Shown in pieces: positions 39,214-55,887 of a stretch of 64,000 nucleotides of DNA. The notes under the pieces are model-generated. The model did not search any database and was not told where the DNA came from. It saw only the letters and a list, made by a program, of their open reading frames with translations. The DNA is from Eledone cirrhosa. Its lineage: Eukaryota. Positions within the stretch are counted from its first letter, which is position 1, and the number at the start of each line of letters is the position of its first letter. The stretch covers positions 196,912,001 to 196,976,000 of the forward strand of contig OZ024743.1 of the NCBI GenBank assembly GCA_964016885.1, in the 5' to 3' direction. Made by a program: the position numbers and the translations under genes.

Positions 39214-40169
39214 TGTGCTATCAACTGATCCAATCTACAAAATGCTTGAAACTGACTTTTTCCCCCCAGGAAAACGGCGGGGTGAGGTGGTTCCCCCTTC
39301 ACCCGGATAACCCTGCTTACTCGGAATTTTCTCTTTGATTCTATTTTCATGCGTTATCAGTGAATATAACTTCCAAACCAGTCAAAAACAACTAGCTTTG
39401 GAGAAAGAGGAGAGGGAGAGGGGAAGAGTTTTGCAGATCTACACCCCACTCACATGTTGTGGGACTTAATCATTTTCGGTATATTTCCTGTGCTATTTCC
39501 TATTCTATTTCCTATGCTATTTCCTGTGCTATTTCCTGTGCTATTAATTAATCTGACCTCCTAGATGCTTCCAATCAACTTATGTCCCTGGGTTAGGTTT
39601 AGGGTTTAGTTTTAGGGTTGGGGTAAAGTTTAGGGTTTAGTTTTAGGTTTGGGGTAAAGTTTAAGGTTTGGGGTAAAGTTTAGGGTTTAGTTTTAGGGTT
39701 GGGGTAATGTTTAGGGTTTAGTTTTATGGTTAGGGTATAGTTTAGGGTTTAGTTTAAGGGTTGGGTTTATATTTAGATTTAGCTTGGTTTGGTTTAGATT
39801 TAGAGTTTAGGGTTGGGGCTAGATTTAATTTTATGTTTAATTTAGTTTTAGTTTCCAAATCCCAGGAAAATAAATTGATTCAGAGCAACTAAAAGGTCAG
39901 ATTAGTTGATAGCACTCAAAAGCAGACCAAAGAAAAATCATTAGGGTATATATCTACAAAACGACAATGGTTTTTCCACCTGCTTTACCCCTCCTTTTTT
40001 CTAGAACACTAATCATTTCCAACTGGTTTGGAGGTCATATTCGTTGATAACATACGAAAAATCTTAGAGAAAACTCTGGGGTTAAATGAGAGAAGTGCAT
40101 CCACCTAAGTTTTCCATGAAGAGAGAGTCAATAACAAACATCTTGGAGATCAGATTAGTTGATAACACA
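39214..40169. mobile_element. Nested TIR elements with telomere-like core
   Basis: Inner TIRs gtgctattaattaatctgacct (39538-39559) / aggtcagattagttgatagcac (39894-39915) around degenerate TTAGGG repeats; a related outer TIR pair at 39214 and 40169. Confidence 0.75.
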
Positions 40170-40656
40170 TGAAAAAAGATGAGGAAAAAATGTTGGGTGT
40201 TATGTGGTGTGGAGTAGTGTGGTGTGATGTAGTGAGGTGTGTTTTTATGTGGTGTGGTGTGTTGTGGTGTGGAGTAGTGTGGTGTGTTGTGTTGTGGTGT
40301 GGAGTGGTGTGTTGTGGTGTTATGTGGTGTGGAGTAGTGTGGTGTAGTGTTGTATGTTTTTATGTGGTGTGGTGAAGTGTGGTGTGATATGGTGCGGTGC
40401 ACTGCGATGTGGTGTGGTGCAGTGCGGTGCGGTGCAGTGTGGTGTTGTGCAGTGAGGTTCTTCATCTTTATCTTTCTCTTCTTCATCTTTGTATTCATCT
40501 TCTTTGTTTTGTCTTCCATCTAAACAAAAAAAAAATATATAAAACATATATGTAGCCAATCTCTCAGACTTTTACAAAGCTCCAGGGAGATAAATTTAAT
40601 ATAAGTGGTGTGTTCCTGAACAGAGATACTACAAAATAGCTTAAAAGCTATATATC

Positions 40657-40774
<118 letters not shown>

Positions 40775-40889
40775 TACACGGGTGTGTATGATTGTATATA
40801 GAAGATTATATTAATAAAAGGAATTCCAACTTTGTCTGATTTACTCGTTTTTTTTTACAATCCTTTAAAATTATAATGGTATTAGAATG

Positions 40890-41356
40890 AAATAGTATGG
40901 TAGAATATTAAGTGTTAAGTGTTAATTGAACAAGTAATTGTAATTTCATGCTTTCGCAATCTTCAGGTTCATAGCTAAATGAACAATAATAATTCTTAGG
41001 GGTATAAAAACCCTAGAAAATGTTATTTACATCATTTCTAAAAATAGCAAAACAATTGATGCTTTGGATAGAGCCAAATAGAAGTCGTTAGACATGCTCA
41101 ACCAACCATGACGCCTAAACCAATCAGCTTCAGTAATCCAGTGAAACTACACACCAATTGGTCGAAATACAGTTTGCAAAATTTAGCATTCTGTAGCCGC
41201 TTTTCACTGTATATAAGGCACAAAATTTACCCATCTCTTTACAGTTGAAAATTGCAAACTTGACTGTCACCACAGAATATGAACCTGAAGATTGCGAAAG
41301 CGTGAAAGTACTTGTTCAATTAACATTTAACACTTAATATTCTACCATACTATTCA
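40890..41356. mobile_element. Penelope-like end with inverted pseudo-LTR and hammerhead motif
   Basis: ~80 bp inverted repeats 40892-40973 / 41278-41356 flanked by (TA)n. Confidence 0.75.
41280..41318 (+). ncRNA. Minimal type I hammerhead ribozyme (dimer type)
   Basis: TGAAC-CTGAAGA-T.TGC gaaa GCG.T-GAAA-GTAC-TT-GTTCA; palindromic stem III AGTACT. Confidence 0.7.
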
Positions 41357-41365
41357 GATTACATC

Positions 41366-44879
<3,514 letters not shown>

Positions 44880-45707
44880 ATATATATATATATATATACA
44901 TTCATATATATACATACATACACACATATACATATATACAAATACACATATACATGCATATATATACACATCTACATGCATATATATATATACAATATGT
45001 ATATGATTCCTTTCCCTATGAGCACATAATTTACAGGAAATAACGCGACTCTATGGCTCCGTTAATTTATCTTCATATATATATATACATATATATACAT
45101 ACACACACACATATATGCATACACACATATATATACATACACACACACATATATATAGATATACATAATATATATATATACATATATAGAGATTCATACA
45201 TACACACACATATATATATATAATATGTTGAAAAGGTAACACACTAAAGGCTTTATCACACATAATATCGAGTCTATGATATTTTGATATTATTTATTTT
45301 GAGAACAATACCTTAACATCAGTATGAGTAGCTAGTTATGGCCGGTCTGAACAGAAAGAGCTGAGAGAATTCTGGCCGGATACAGCCAGTTTAAATGCTA
45401 AAGTGTTAAATTATATTCCAAACACCAGCTTAATTATGAAAAAGTTAGTTAAATCACTCCAAATTCTTGATTATTTATAAAGATTATTTGAAACATAAAC
45501 AGTGTCTTTCATTAGAAATATGGAAACAAAAGGGTTTATCTACCTAAAAATCTTCCACCATATTTTAAGAATCTTCGTTAAGTTATGTTCCATATACCAG
45601 TTTAATTATGAGAAAGTTAGTTATATTACTAAAACACTCAAAAGTCTTCATAAATTTCGAAATTATTTGAAACTCATAAGCAGTAACTCTCCTGGTAATG
45701 AAAGGAT

Positions 45708-46118
45708 TTAACCTTTAGCATTTACATTACTCTATATATACTGTTGTATTTTTATCTAACATTATATCAAATCTATGAGATTTTGATATTATTTATTTTG
45801 AGAACAATACTTTAGCATAAATACAAGTGGCCAGTTACAGCTGGTTTGAACAGAAAGAGGTGAGAGAATTCTGGCCAGATACGGCCAGTTTAAATGCTAT
45901 AGGGTTAACCCTTTAGCATTTACATTACTCTATATTTACTATTATATTTTCATGGTAAAGGCTTTACCTCACATAATATCGAATCTGAGATTTTGATATT
46001 ATTTATGTTGAGAATAATACCTTAACATCAGTATGAGCAGCCGGCTATAGCCGGTTTGGACAGAAAAAGATGAGCGAATTCTGGTCAGATACAGCTGGTT
46101 TATATGCTAAAGGGTTAA
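45708..46118. mobile_element. Tandem piggyBac-like MITEs sharing a TTAA
   Basis: TTAA-(C)CCTTTAGCAT...ATGCTANAGGG-TTAA with TTAA at 45708, 45905 and 46115; partial third copy at 45246-45409. Confidence 0.75.
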
Positions 46119-46616
46119 GTAAACTGTATTCCTCAATGTTTTATCAATAAAAAATGGAAGTATATTCGGTACTAAATATAATTAGAGTGTGACTTTATTT
46201 CTGGAGAATTTATTTACAAATATTCAAGTTTCAAGGAATGGCATCTTGCCTAATTAGAACAAATACATGAAACCTTTTTTTTTCTTTTTCTTCAGATCTT
46301 TCAAATTTTCAAAATATAACATGTTTTGACATAGTTTTGGTATGATTTTACTGGCTTGATAAATGTTTGTATTGAATCATAACAATATAGTGTAGGTTGA
46401 GCTAGATACCCTTTCTAATACCAAACAAAGTAGTTGGTACTAGAAAGAGTATCTAGCTGTAGAAACCATGCCAAAACTGACAGGAATGCATATGAAATGT
46501 GTCCTCTGTTCCATCTTAGAAAACAGTTGCTCTAATTAAGTATTTTTAACAGAGATAATTGGATGTAATATTATGGTTATGCCCTTCTTATCGCCAACAG
46601 AAGTTTGGTGAAAAGA

Positions 46617-47063
46617 GATACAAATGATCTGGAAAAACAAGAGAAGCTTGTCATGGTGTCTGTAAAGTCTAACCACTGCTTTAATAAGGATGATACAAAT
46701 GATCTGGGAAAATTAGAGAAGCTTATCATGGGGTCCGTAAAGTCTAACCACTGCTTTAATAAGGATGATACAAATGTCTGTGAAAACTAGAGAAGCTTAT
46801 CATGGGGTCCGTAAAGCTAACTACTGCTTTAATAAGGATGATATAAATGATCTGTGAAAATTAGAGAAGCTTGTCATGCGGTCCATAAAGCTAACCATTA
46901 CTTTAATAAGGATGATACAAATGATCTTGGAAAACTAGAGAAGCTTCTCATGGGGTCCGTAAAGCTAACCACTGCTTTAATAAAGACGATACAAATGATC
47001 TTGGAAAACTAGAGAAGCTTGTCATGGGGTCAACAAAGCTAACCACTGCTTTAATAAGGACGA
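46617..47063. repeat. ~74 bp minisatellite, 6 copies
   Basis: gatacaaatgatct unit starts at 46617, 46692, 46767, 46840, 46914, 46988. Confidence 0.95.
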
Positions 47064-47676
47064 TGTGCAGTGAACCAGTGGACTCTGAGGGACGAGCTGC
47101 TAGAAAGGGCAGCCCAAAACCACTCAGAGAAGTGTGCTCAACCAAACAGAGGAATAGGAAAGACTGTTATAAGGAGCGAAATATCACGATAAATTAACGG
47201 AGCCATAACCCTCGCCATTCCCTGTAAATAATGTGCTCAAAGGAGAAGAAATCCTGAGCTCTTTAAAATACAATATGTTGAAAAGGTAACACACTAGAGA
47301 GAGATATACAGTGCGCTATCAATAAAACAGGGAAAAAACCACCAGTGTATGGAATCTATAACTTATGAAAGGCAGACTATAGACACGATAATTAAAAATA
47401 TAAATTAAAGCGTAAATAAATACCTCTATAACTATATAACACACGTACAAATCCAAAGAAGTCTGTTTCGCAGTAAGTTGTTGACAGAAATGGAATAACC
47501 CCGGTTCCTCAGCTTCAGACAACACTAAGAGAATTTTGGCGCTAAACTTTTCCTTTTGAAAGAATAATGTGATTTGTCACGTGATTGTGTTCACGTGTTA
47601 TTACCGCTAAATATGTGAATACGTACACAGCATTCTCCTCACGAAGGGCGATCGCAAACATATATACATATACACA

Positions 47677-47748
<72 letters not shown>

Positions 47749-47830
47749 CTTAATTGAATTGATTATCATTATCGTTTTTATGGCAAAAGATAGACAGAGA
47801 GGGAAAGAGATAGACAGAGGGAAATATTTT

Positions 47831-47880
<50 letters not shown>

Positions 47881-48219
47881 AGAAAGAAGAAAAAAAAAGG
47901 AGACCCTTAGAAACGAATAAGAGTCATCAAAGCGATCATATGTATTGCTTTAAACTGTAATGCGAAGGGATACACTAGTATTTGAGGTACCATCATTTGG
48001 GATTTTAACACTCGGACTTTTCCCTCCCGGTTTTGAAATTTAGGGGTGACTGGGAATATTACATAATGTAAGGATTTTCTTTTCCTTTTCTATCATTTTT
48101 TATTTATGTATTTATATATTTATTTATCTACTCTCGTGATTGATATTCCGACAAATGTTAGGGGTGTATTTTGGTTTTTTATTATGTCAGGTATAGCATC
48201 CCAAAATTTCTCCCTTCCC

Positions 48220-48255
<36 letters not shown>

Positions 48256-48394
48256 AACACAGTGTCCCAAAAAATGTATACACACTTCAACAGCAAAGTA
48301 ATCAAAGTTTGTAGATATTTTGGAGGGGACACCGTGTGTATATATATATATATGTGTGTGTATGTGTAACTAGTAAAACTGTAAAAACGCAGCA

Positions 48395-48598
48395 TTCTAA
48401 TTTGGCCCTTTTAAGGGCCATCTATATTTTCATCTATACTTACATCTATATGCTTTAATAAAAAAAATTTTTTAAAAAGCGTGAAAAAAAAAAAAATTCA
48501 TTTAAGTAACTCCACTTACGCGTGGTAGTAATACGGAAATAAACGATGTTTTGCTTTCACCGGCTGCTTCGACTGACAGCTAATAGCGTTGTAGTGCC
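48395..48598 (-). mobile_element. Partial second copy of the histone-stem-loop MITE
   Basis: One TIR (tgacagctaatagcgttgtagtgcc) plus internal sequence matching 10887-11085 inverted. Confidence 0.8.
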
Positions 48599-49027
48599 AT
48601 AAAATAGAAGTACTTAAGTGGTGCGTGTATTTTTATTGGCAGCATGGCCCTCCCAAAATATGTTTCAACACAGCCAGAATCTTGCAAAACAAATATAAAT
48701 GCAAAAACGATATATGTATGTATTACGAATGAAACAGTTTTCGTCTATAATAAAATTTTAAATACCTATACTCCACAAATGTACTGAGTACTTTTTTAAA
48801 CTGTAGTCACCTTTCGATATATATGCGCACACACACACGCGCATACATGTATATATATTATATATATATGTTGATTTAAAACTGCACTATCCACAAGTGT
48901 TTTTTAACCTTCATATCATGTCTTCCTATTTTATCTGATGAAAACAAAAATATTATTGCATGATGGTATTTGTTTTTGAAATGCGCATAATAAAATACAT
49001 GGAACTCTTTTAACCATCTTTTGTTCT

Positions 49028-49111
<84 letters not shown>

Positions 49112-49209
49112 GTGTGTGTGTGTGCATGTGTGTATGCGTGTGTTTTTATTGGCAACATGACGCTCCCAAAATGTAACAATATATTACCAAACACTGTTAA
49201 TTATATCAA

Positions 49210-49278
<69 letters not shown>

Positions 49279-49363
49279 TATGTGTGTGTATATATATATT
49301 ATTTACATGTGTGTATGGGTGCGAGTGTGTATACTGATAATTATATAGTAATTTCTAGGTAAA

Positions 49364-49406
49364 GCGGAAGTTCGACTGCCGTATGGAATTCTGGGATAAC
49401 TTCCTG
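49364..49406 (+). promoter_or_regulatory. ETS/GABP-like motifs near the MED16 start
   Basis: GCGGAAGT (49364-49371) and ACTTCCTG (49399-49406) just upstream of the ATG; typical of housekeeping promoters. Confidence 0.45.
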
Positions 49407-49420
49407 TCAATATTGTCAAC

Positions 49421-49554
49421 ATGGAAGTAGTTTATGTCATAAAAAATCCACCTAAGGTATCTTCCGAGTTATATGACTGGTGTCCAGATGATCAAATTTG
49501 CTGTAGTTTGTCATGTAAAAATATTTTAGCCTTCAGTTCAGCTTCTGATGACAG
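49421..49554 (+). CDS. MED16: Mediator complex subunit 16, coding exon 1
   Basis: CAACATG start; MEVVYVIKNPPK...ICCSLSCKNILAFSSASDD resembles the MED16 N-terminus (MDLAYVC...CAWSCRNLIAF); GTAATT donor, phase 2. Confidence 0.88.
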
Positions 49555-50019
49555 GTAATTTAAAATTTCTATTAAATCTTAGCTAAAACCGTAGCAGTTT
49601 CACTCCATAGTCATCGTCTCCGTGCTGCCGTATGATGTGAGACAGAGAGGCCGGTATGTTTATAAAACTTATTGTGTACACAATGGAAAGTTATAAGATG
49701 AATATATATTATTAGAGATATTTAGCTTATTTTATAACGCACTTGTTCTATTTTTTAAAGCGTTATGACTAGTGTATGTGAGTTATTCTTTGTTTCGAGT
49801 CGATCGGGTAAGAAATAAGCACCGGTTTCAAAAATGCCGATTCGATTCATTGATATATTGTATACTCTAAGGACATAATGTCTGTACTATTGTTTTTTTT
49901 TTTTACTAGAGATCTAGATTTATATAATAACATTGATAATTAGAATAACCATATTATCACATATGTAGAAGGGATTTATTATTGTAGCAGGTTTGTGAAA
50001 TGTTCTAAACATTAATAAC

Positions 50020-50204
50020 TGTTTCTACTTTAGGCACAAGGCCAGCAATTACCCAGTGCATTACTGGTACTTTATTTTATCGACCCCGTAAGGATGAAAG
50101 GCAAAGTCAACCTCGGCGGGATTTGAACTCAGATCGTAAAGGGGCGTAACTATGCTGGAAAGCATGGCGTCCGACCCTCTACTGATACTGCCAATCCACC
50201 GCCC
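50020..50204 (-). mobile_element. Full-length SINE family A in MED16 intron 1
   Basis: Perfect 18 bp TSD GTTCTAAACATTAATAAC at 50002-50019 and 50205-50222. Confidence 0.93.
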
Positions 50205-50573
50205 GTTCTAAACATTAATAACGAGAGTAAACGGTTTTTTCTTTCATCAACTATAAGTATATATATATATATAGATGATTCAGTGAATTACTGGTGGTGG
50301 TACCAAAGACAAGCACCCTATACACAGGCAGAGTGTATAAATTATTTAATTCAGGTTATACATGTCCATGTTTTCTGTCTACTAAATGTGAATGATTGAG
50401 TCTATGTATATATATTTGTGTGTGTATATATATATATATATATTTGTGTGTATATATATATATATTTGTGTGTATATATATATATATATATTTGTATGTA
50501 TGTATATATATTTGTGTGTATATATATATATATATATTTGTATGTATGTTTGTATATATATATATACATGTGT

Positions 50574-50604
<31 letters not shown>

Positions 50605-50667
50605 ATCATCATCATCATCACCGTTTTACGTCCGTTATATATATATATGTTTATATATATATAAACA

Positions 50668-51190
50668 AGTGGTTAGAGCATTGGCCTTCCAATCGAAAGG
50701 TTGTGAGTTCAATTCTCAGACCGGGTGATGTGTTGTTTCCTTGAGCAAGACACTTTATTTCACAGTGCTCCAGTTTACTCATAGGGTCCCTACCAATCCA
50801 CTGCAAAGTGGTCGTGGAGGTGCCACAGCAAAAAAGCACACAGCACTCACTGTAAATGAGGTTGGTGTTAGGAAGGGCATCCAGCTGTAGAAATCAAGCC
50901 AGAATCAGCTCCCATCCCACCCTTGCAAGCAGGGAAAAGCGGACGTAAAATGATGATGATCATGATATGTTTGTATATATATGTATGTATGTGTCATCAT
51001 CATCATCACCATTTTAAGTCCATTCTTCCACGCTAGCATGGGTTAGACGAGTTGTCCTGTTGTGGGCAATGCTAGGTCAGAACTGATTTTAGGCCTTGCT
51101 TATACAGAACTGATTTTGGCTTGGTTTCTACAGCTGGATGCCCTTCCTAACGCCAAACACATTTACAGTGAGTACTGGGTGCTTTTTGTA
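50668..51190. mobile_element. SINE family B copy plus an inverted tail fragment
   Basis: Matches 19915-20280; inverted RTE-type tail at 51005-51190. Confidence 0.8.
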
Positions 51191-51579
51191 TACTGCCATT
51201 ACACATCCATTGGATTATGCTCGCCCCATTCCTTTCTAATCTTCATAAGTACTCTACATTCGGGCCATGCTAGCATGGAAAGTGTATTTCTCTTTCAAGT
51301 ATTAACCCTTTTGTTACCATATCTCTAATGAAAGACACAAATCATTTTAAAACTAATAAAAAAAATTCAGAGGGATTTAGTAATAGCGGCTTCAGTCGCA
51401 CTATGAAATGAAGTGTCTTGCTGAAGAACACAATATGCTGTCCAGTCCAGGAATCAAACCAACAACCTTATGCTTGGGAGTCCAACCACTAGGGCTCACA
51501 TCTTCACACTGAGAGTAAACTTGGCAAAACCCAAAGTTTTAGTAAGTAAGAAAGAAGACAGGACCCTGCTTGATATGTG

Positions 51580-52240
51580 GAAAAAGAGTGGGTAGAAACA
51601 CTATACACTGTACACAATGTAAGTCTTGAATACATAAGAGCTATAATGGAATAGCAAGCAAACTAATAAGAAAGGTTGACTTTGTATGTAGTAGGTGTAC
51701 AGGGATAGTTAGTAATAAGAGCATTAGTGAAATGAGTTTCTTCCAATCAGTGGAAGGATCCATAGAAGTAGTTGATAGCTTGTGCTACTTAGGTGATCTA
51801 ATTAACAGGGAAGGAGGATGCTCTGAGAGCATAGTAGTTAGAATAAGAACGAGATGGAAAAAGTTCAAGGAGCTATTACCTCTGTTGGTAATAAAAGGCA
51901 TGAAAGGCCAGCTGTATGATGCCTTTGTGCGATGGAGTGAATGCAGAGATCGAGAAAAATGAAGCAAGCATGCTTCAATGGATGTGGAATGTTAATGTGT
52001 GTGGATGATGAAGTATGGATGAACTGAAAGAAAAACTGGGTATACAAAGAATCTGATGTGTGCAAGAGAGAAGACTGCTCTGGTATGGACATGTGATGCA
52101 TATAGATGGTGATCTCTGGATGAAAATGTACTAAGAAATCTCAGGGAAAGGAACCCGCAGTAGAAGACATGGACAGTGATGTTGAGAGCTGATCTCAAAT
52201 CGTTGAACCTCACAAAGTAGATGACAAAGGACTGCGACGA
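51580..52240 (+). mobile_element. Old RTE (PHD-type) fragment
   Basis: GSIEVVDSLCYLGDLINREGGCSES...WKKFKELLPLL. Confidence 0.85.
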
Positions 52241-54437
52241 GTAGCATGGAATATTTTTATATCTATGAATGCATTATCTAATTTACAAAAACTGCTCTTC
52301 CATACAAGCACTGTGACACAAAAAATAAATATAGTGACTGGAATCTACCATATTAGCAATTGATCGGAGACAATATAGAGTTTGAGAGGGCCCTTCATGC
52401 CAGTGCCATGATAAAATGCTCCCAGTACACTCTGTAAAATGGTATCAGTGGTAGCACAAACAAACTCTCTGAGTACACCCTGTCAGGTGGTTGGCATTAG
52501 GCAGGGTATCCAGCCATAAAAACCATATCAAATATAGAAGGTATGAGGAAGATAGGTTGATCCAACTCATCTGGTTTATGACCATGACAATCCACTCAAC
52601 TCATGCCAGCATGGAAATCAGATGTAAAATGATAATGATAATCTTTTTTTCTTTAAGATGGTATGGCTACAATCCAGTGACTAAAACCAGTCAAAGAATA
52701 AAACAACAATATCGACAGTTTAACCCTTTAGTTACCAGCTCTGGTTCTATGAAACAAAACTGCCCATTTTAAAGGTTTCCAGTTTAAATCAAAATCTTTT
52801 AACATAATTTTATATTGAGTTATTATCTTAGTAATGAAATAATTAATGACTTTAGTAAATCCCTCAAAATTCTTCATGAATTAATTGAAATAGAATATTT
52901 CATTAGAAATGCATTTTGCACCTCATGGAAGTTGGAACTTTACCAAATTTTGTATGACTCTTATAAGACATTTCTTAGGCAAGTTTCCTATAATTTTGTA
53001 AAGTAGTTTGTGCCTGTCCTTACCTTGAGTTATAACTGAAAGAATATGATTACAAATACAAATGACCAAAATGGGATTCCTCCAAAGGGTCTTTGGAGTA
53101 ACATTGATCGCATGCATAGCTCAGAGCCAATGCTTCTCTGAATTGAGAAATCAGTTTTGGTACTACGGTTATGTGGTTAGAATGTTTCAGAACAGAATCA
53201 CTGGACAGATTTTATGGACAAATCCAATTGGCTGGAGACCCTTGGGTAGATCATGAACAAGATGGTTAAATAGCATCAGTTGATCTTGCTTGAGGCTCCA
53301 GCTGTATCAATTGAAAGTGGGTTGCTTCTGATAGGGCCTTCTCGGTCGCCAAGACCCTGCCAGGAATAAGTGGGCAAAGAAAAAGTTTCAACAATGAGTC
53401 ACATTTTGTTTGTTTTTATTCTTAAAATTTCCATTGAATATGTACTAGGAATTTACATTTAAATTTTAAAGAAATAGAAAACAAAACATTTATCAAATTT
53501 TAAGTTATTTTGGGATTTTATTAGTAAACTTAAGACAACTTAGTCAAGTGATTTATTGTTTTTGTTAGACTATTTATAAGTGTCGTAGACATACTCTGTA
53601 GATATTTCTTTTTAGCTATCAATGGACAGGCAAATAAAAAAAATAAAACAGATAAAAGGTAATATATATCTGTTGATTTTGGTATTTTTCTATAAAATAA
53701 AGTTAAACTTATTTGAGAGAATAGAACTATTCTTTGGCATAGTCTACCAAGTATATAAAAGGTAGTTAACTTTTACTCTCTTGAAAAGCTATGTAATGCC
53801 ATGGATTTAATGTATTTCTGATATTATACACTCTATTTTAAGTAATTAGTACAAAATGATTACTTATTTCACTATTAAGATAGTAACTTAAGACATTGTT
53901 CTGATATAAAATTATGTTTGAAGATTTTAATTTAAATAGAAACCATTTAAAATGAGTATTTTATTTTTAAAAAAAAGAGAACTAGTTTTTACCAAATTGG
54001 TATTGCATAACAAAAATTCTTACATAAAATTATGAGGGAAGTTTTAAATTTCAATATGAACACTTTAAAACAAAACTTTATATCATAGAACCAGTGCCAG
54101 TTTCATGTATCAAAATGGTTAATATGCTGGTGGTACTTAACTATTGGTGTCTCTAAGTTTTTTCCTCCACAATTCTATTTTTCAATGCCAAACTGAGTAC
54201 AAACTTGTATATCAAATTAGTGACTTTTCCTTACTTCTTTCACAACAATAGGAAGTGTGTGTTTTGCTGAAGAGGTTAAATACAAGTGAAACATGCTCTG
54301 TCATCTCCCATACTTGCCCAAAAGCATCAAAATAATATTTGCTCACTGGCTGATATATTTTTTCTAGTTATATTTTAAATGCTTTCTTTATTCAGTAAGG
54401 CAACACTAACTTAACTATTGTTGTTTATATTTGTCAA

Positions 54438-55097
54438 TGATTTGGCAGTATCAGTGGAGTATAGGACAATATGCTATATGGCTTAGATTACGCCCCTTTA
54501 CAATCTGAGTTCAAATCCTGTCAACGTTAGCTTTGCCTTTCATCCTCACAGGGTTGATAAAATAAAGTACCAGTAATGCACTGGGGTTGATTTAATCAAC
54601 TCTCCCAAAAGAAATTGTTGGCCTTGTGCCTAAATCAGAAACCAATAATGTCTGAATTAGCATGCTAACAGAAACTCAAGGAATCATGTTGATGCTTAAG
54701 AAAATATTTTCTCACATCATGTTCTTTTGAAATTACAGCCAGTAGATTATGAAAGAAAGTATGACTAAATTTTCAGTTTTATAAAGACTGTATATTAATT
54801 AGTAAATTATATAGTACATTGTCAGTTATATATCCACTACATAGTACCTTCAGTTGAAGATGGTCCAGAAGTGATGCCGTATTAAAACTGGCGGTATCGG
54901 TAGAGTGTTGGACACAGTGCTTTGTGGCGTAGAGTTACAGCCCTTCACGTTCTGAATTCAAACCCTGCTAAGGTTAGCTTTGCCTTTCATCCTTACGGAG
55001 GTCGATAAAATAAAGTACCAGTAATGCACTGGGGTCGATTTAATCGACTTTCCCCTCCCCTTCGAATTGCTGGCCTTGTGCCTAAATCAGAAACAGT
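54438..55097 (+). mobile_element. Two SINE family A copies
   Basis: ~54438-54645 and ~54887-55097 match the family consensus. Confidence 0.85.
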
Positions 55098-55147
55098 TAT
55101 TAGAAATGTTGTCTGTTATATTTATATTTCATGTTTAATATTTTCAG

Positions 55148-55325
55148 AGATGAATGTGAACCAGTCAGTGCTACTCAGGTACAAGTATTAGATTTAGACA
55201 AACCATGGTTGGTGTACAAAGTTGCTACATTCCCCAGTCAAGTAGTCAATCTGGTGTGGGATAGAAATGGAACTCATCTCCTCATTGCCACCAGTGAAGG
55301 ACAGTTAGACATTTGGCAAATAGTG
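55148..55325 (+). CDS. MED16: Mediator complex subunit 16, coding exon 2
   Basis: TTTTCAG acceptor and GTAAGT donor; phase matches exon 1; VQVLDLDKPW...LVWDRNGTHLLIATSEGQLDIWQI resembles MED16 IHILDTEHPW...[24 protein letters not shown] (WD40-like). Confidence 0.92.
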
Positions 55326-55887
55326 GTAAGTTGACATAATTTAGCAATGTTTGTTTGTGTTGTACATGATGTCTATTTAACTCTTAACGTCCTGGATAAA
55401 TTGTTGAAATTTGCATTGAGATTAATTTTTAGTGATGTTGTCGTAATGCTGTTTTGTACTTTTCGAGAATAGCTTCCTAGTGTGGTTTAATGCAGTACAG
55501 GACATTGAGTTAATGTTAAGACTTATGTATCTTTTAAAAAGATTTTGTATTATTGTTTTTCAGTTTTAAAGTTGCAAAGTACGAAAATACAACTTAAATA
55601 ATTTAAAGAAAGATATTCATACTCTAAAGTGTTTGGTGATAGGAAGGGCAGCCAGCTGTAGAAAACTTGCCAAACAAAGGGTCAGTGATGGTGCCATGAT
55701 AAAATGCACTCGGTAGAGCATGCCAACATATGTAAGTGAGATGCAGATCCCTGACCAATCTGAGATGTTAGTACTTCCACTTAAGTATTGACCTCGTCTG
55801 TGGGGACCCTTGCTAGCGGGGAAAATGGATGTTAAATAATGATGATGATATATATATATATATCATTGTTTAACATCCGTTTGTATA

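Noticed and set aside
38883-39350. SPRK-repeat ORF resembling a sperm basic protein
   Set aside because: Generated by GCGAG pentamer repeats continuous with the neighbouring microsatellite.
39590-39830. True telomere
   Set aside because: Degenerate, short, internal and enclosed by TIRs.
46617-47063. Regularly spaced repeats as a CRISPR-like array
   Set aside because: Whole units repeat with no unique spacers; eukaryotic context; no cas genes.
50020-50204. tRNA genes
   Set aside because: A/B-box-like heads belong to SINEs with TSDs; no full cloverleaf seen.
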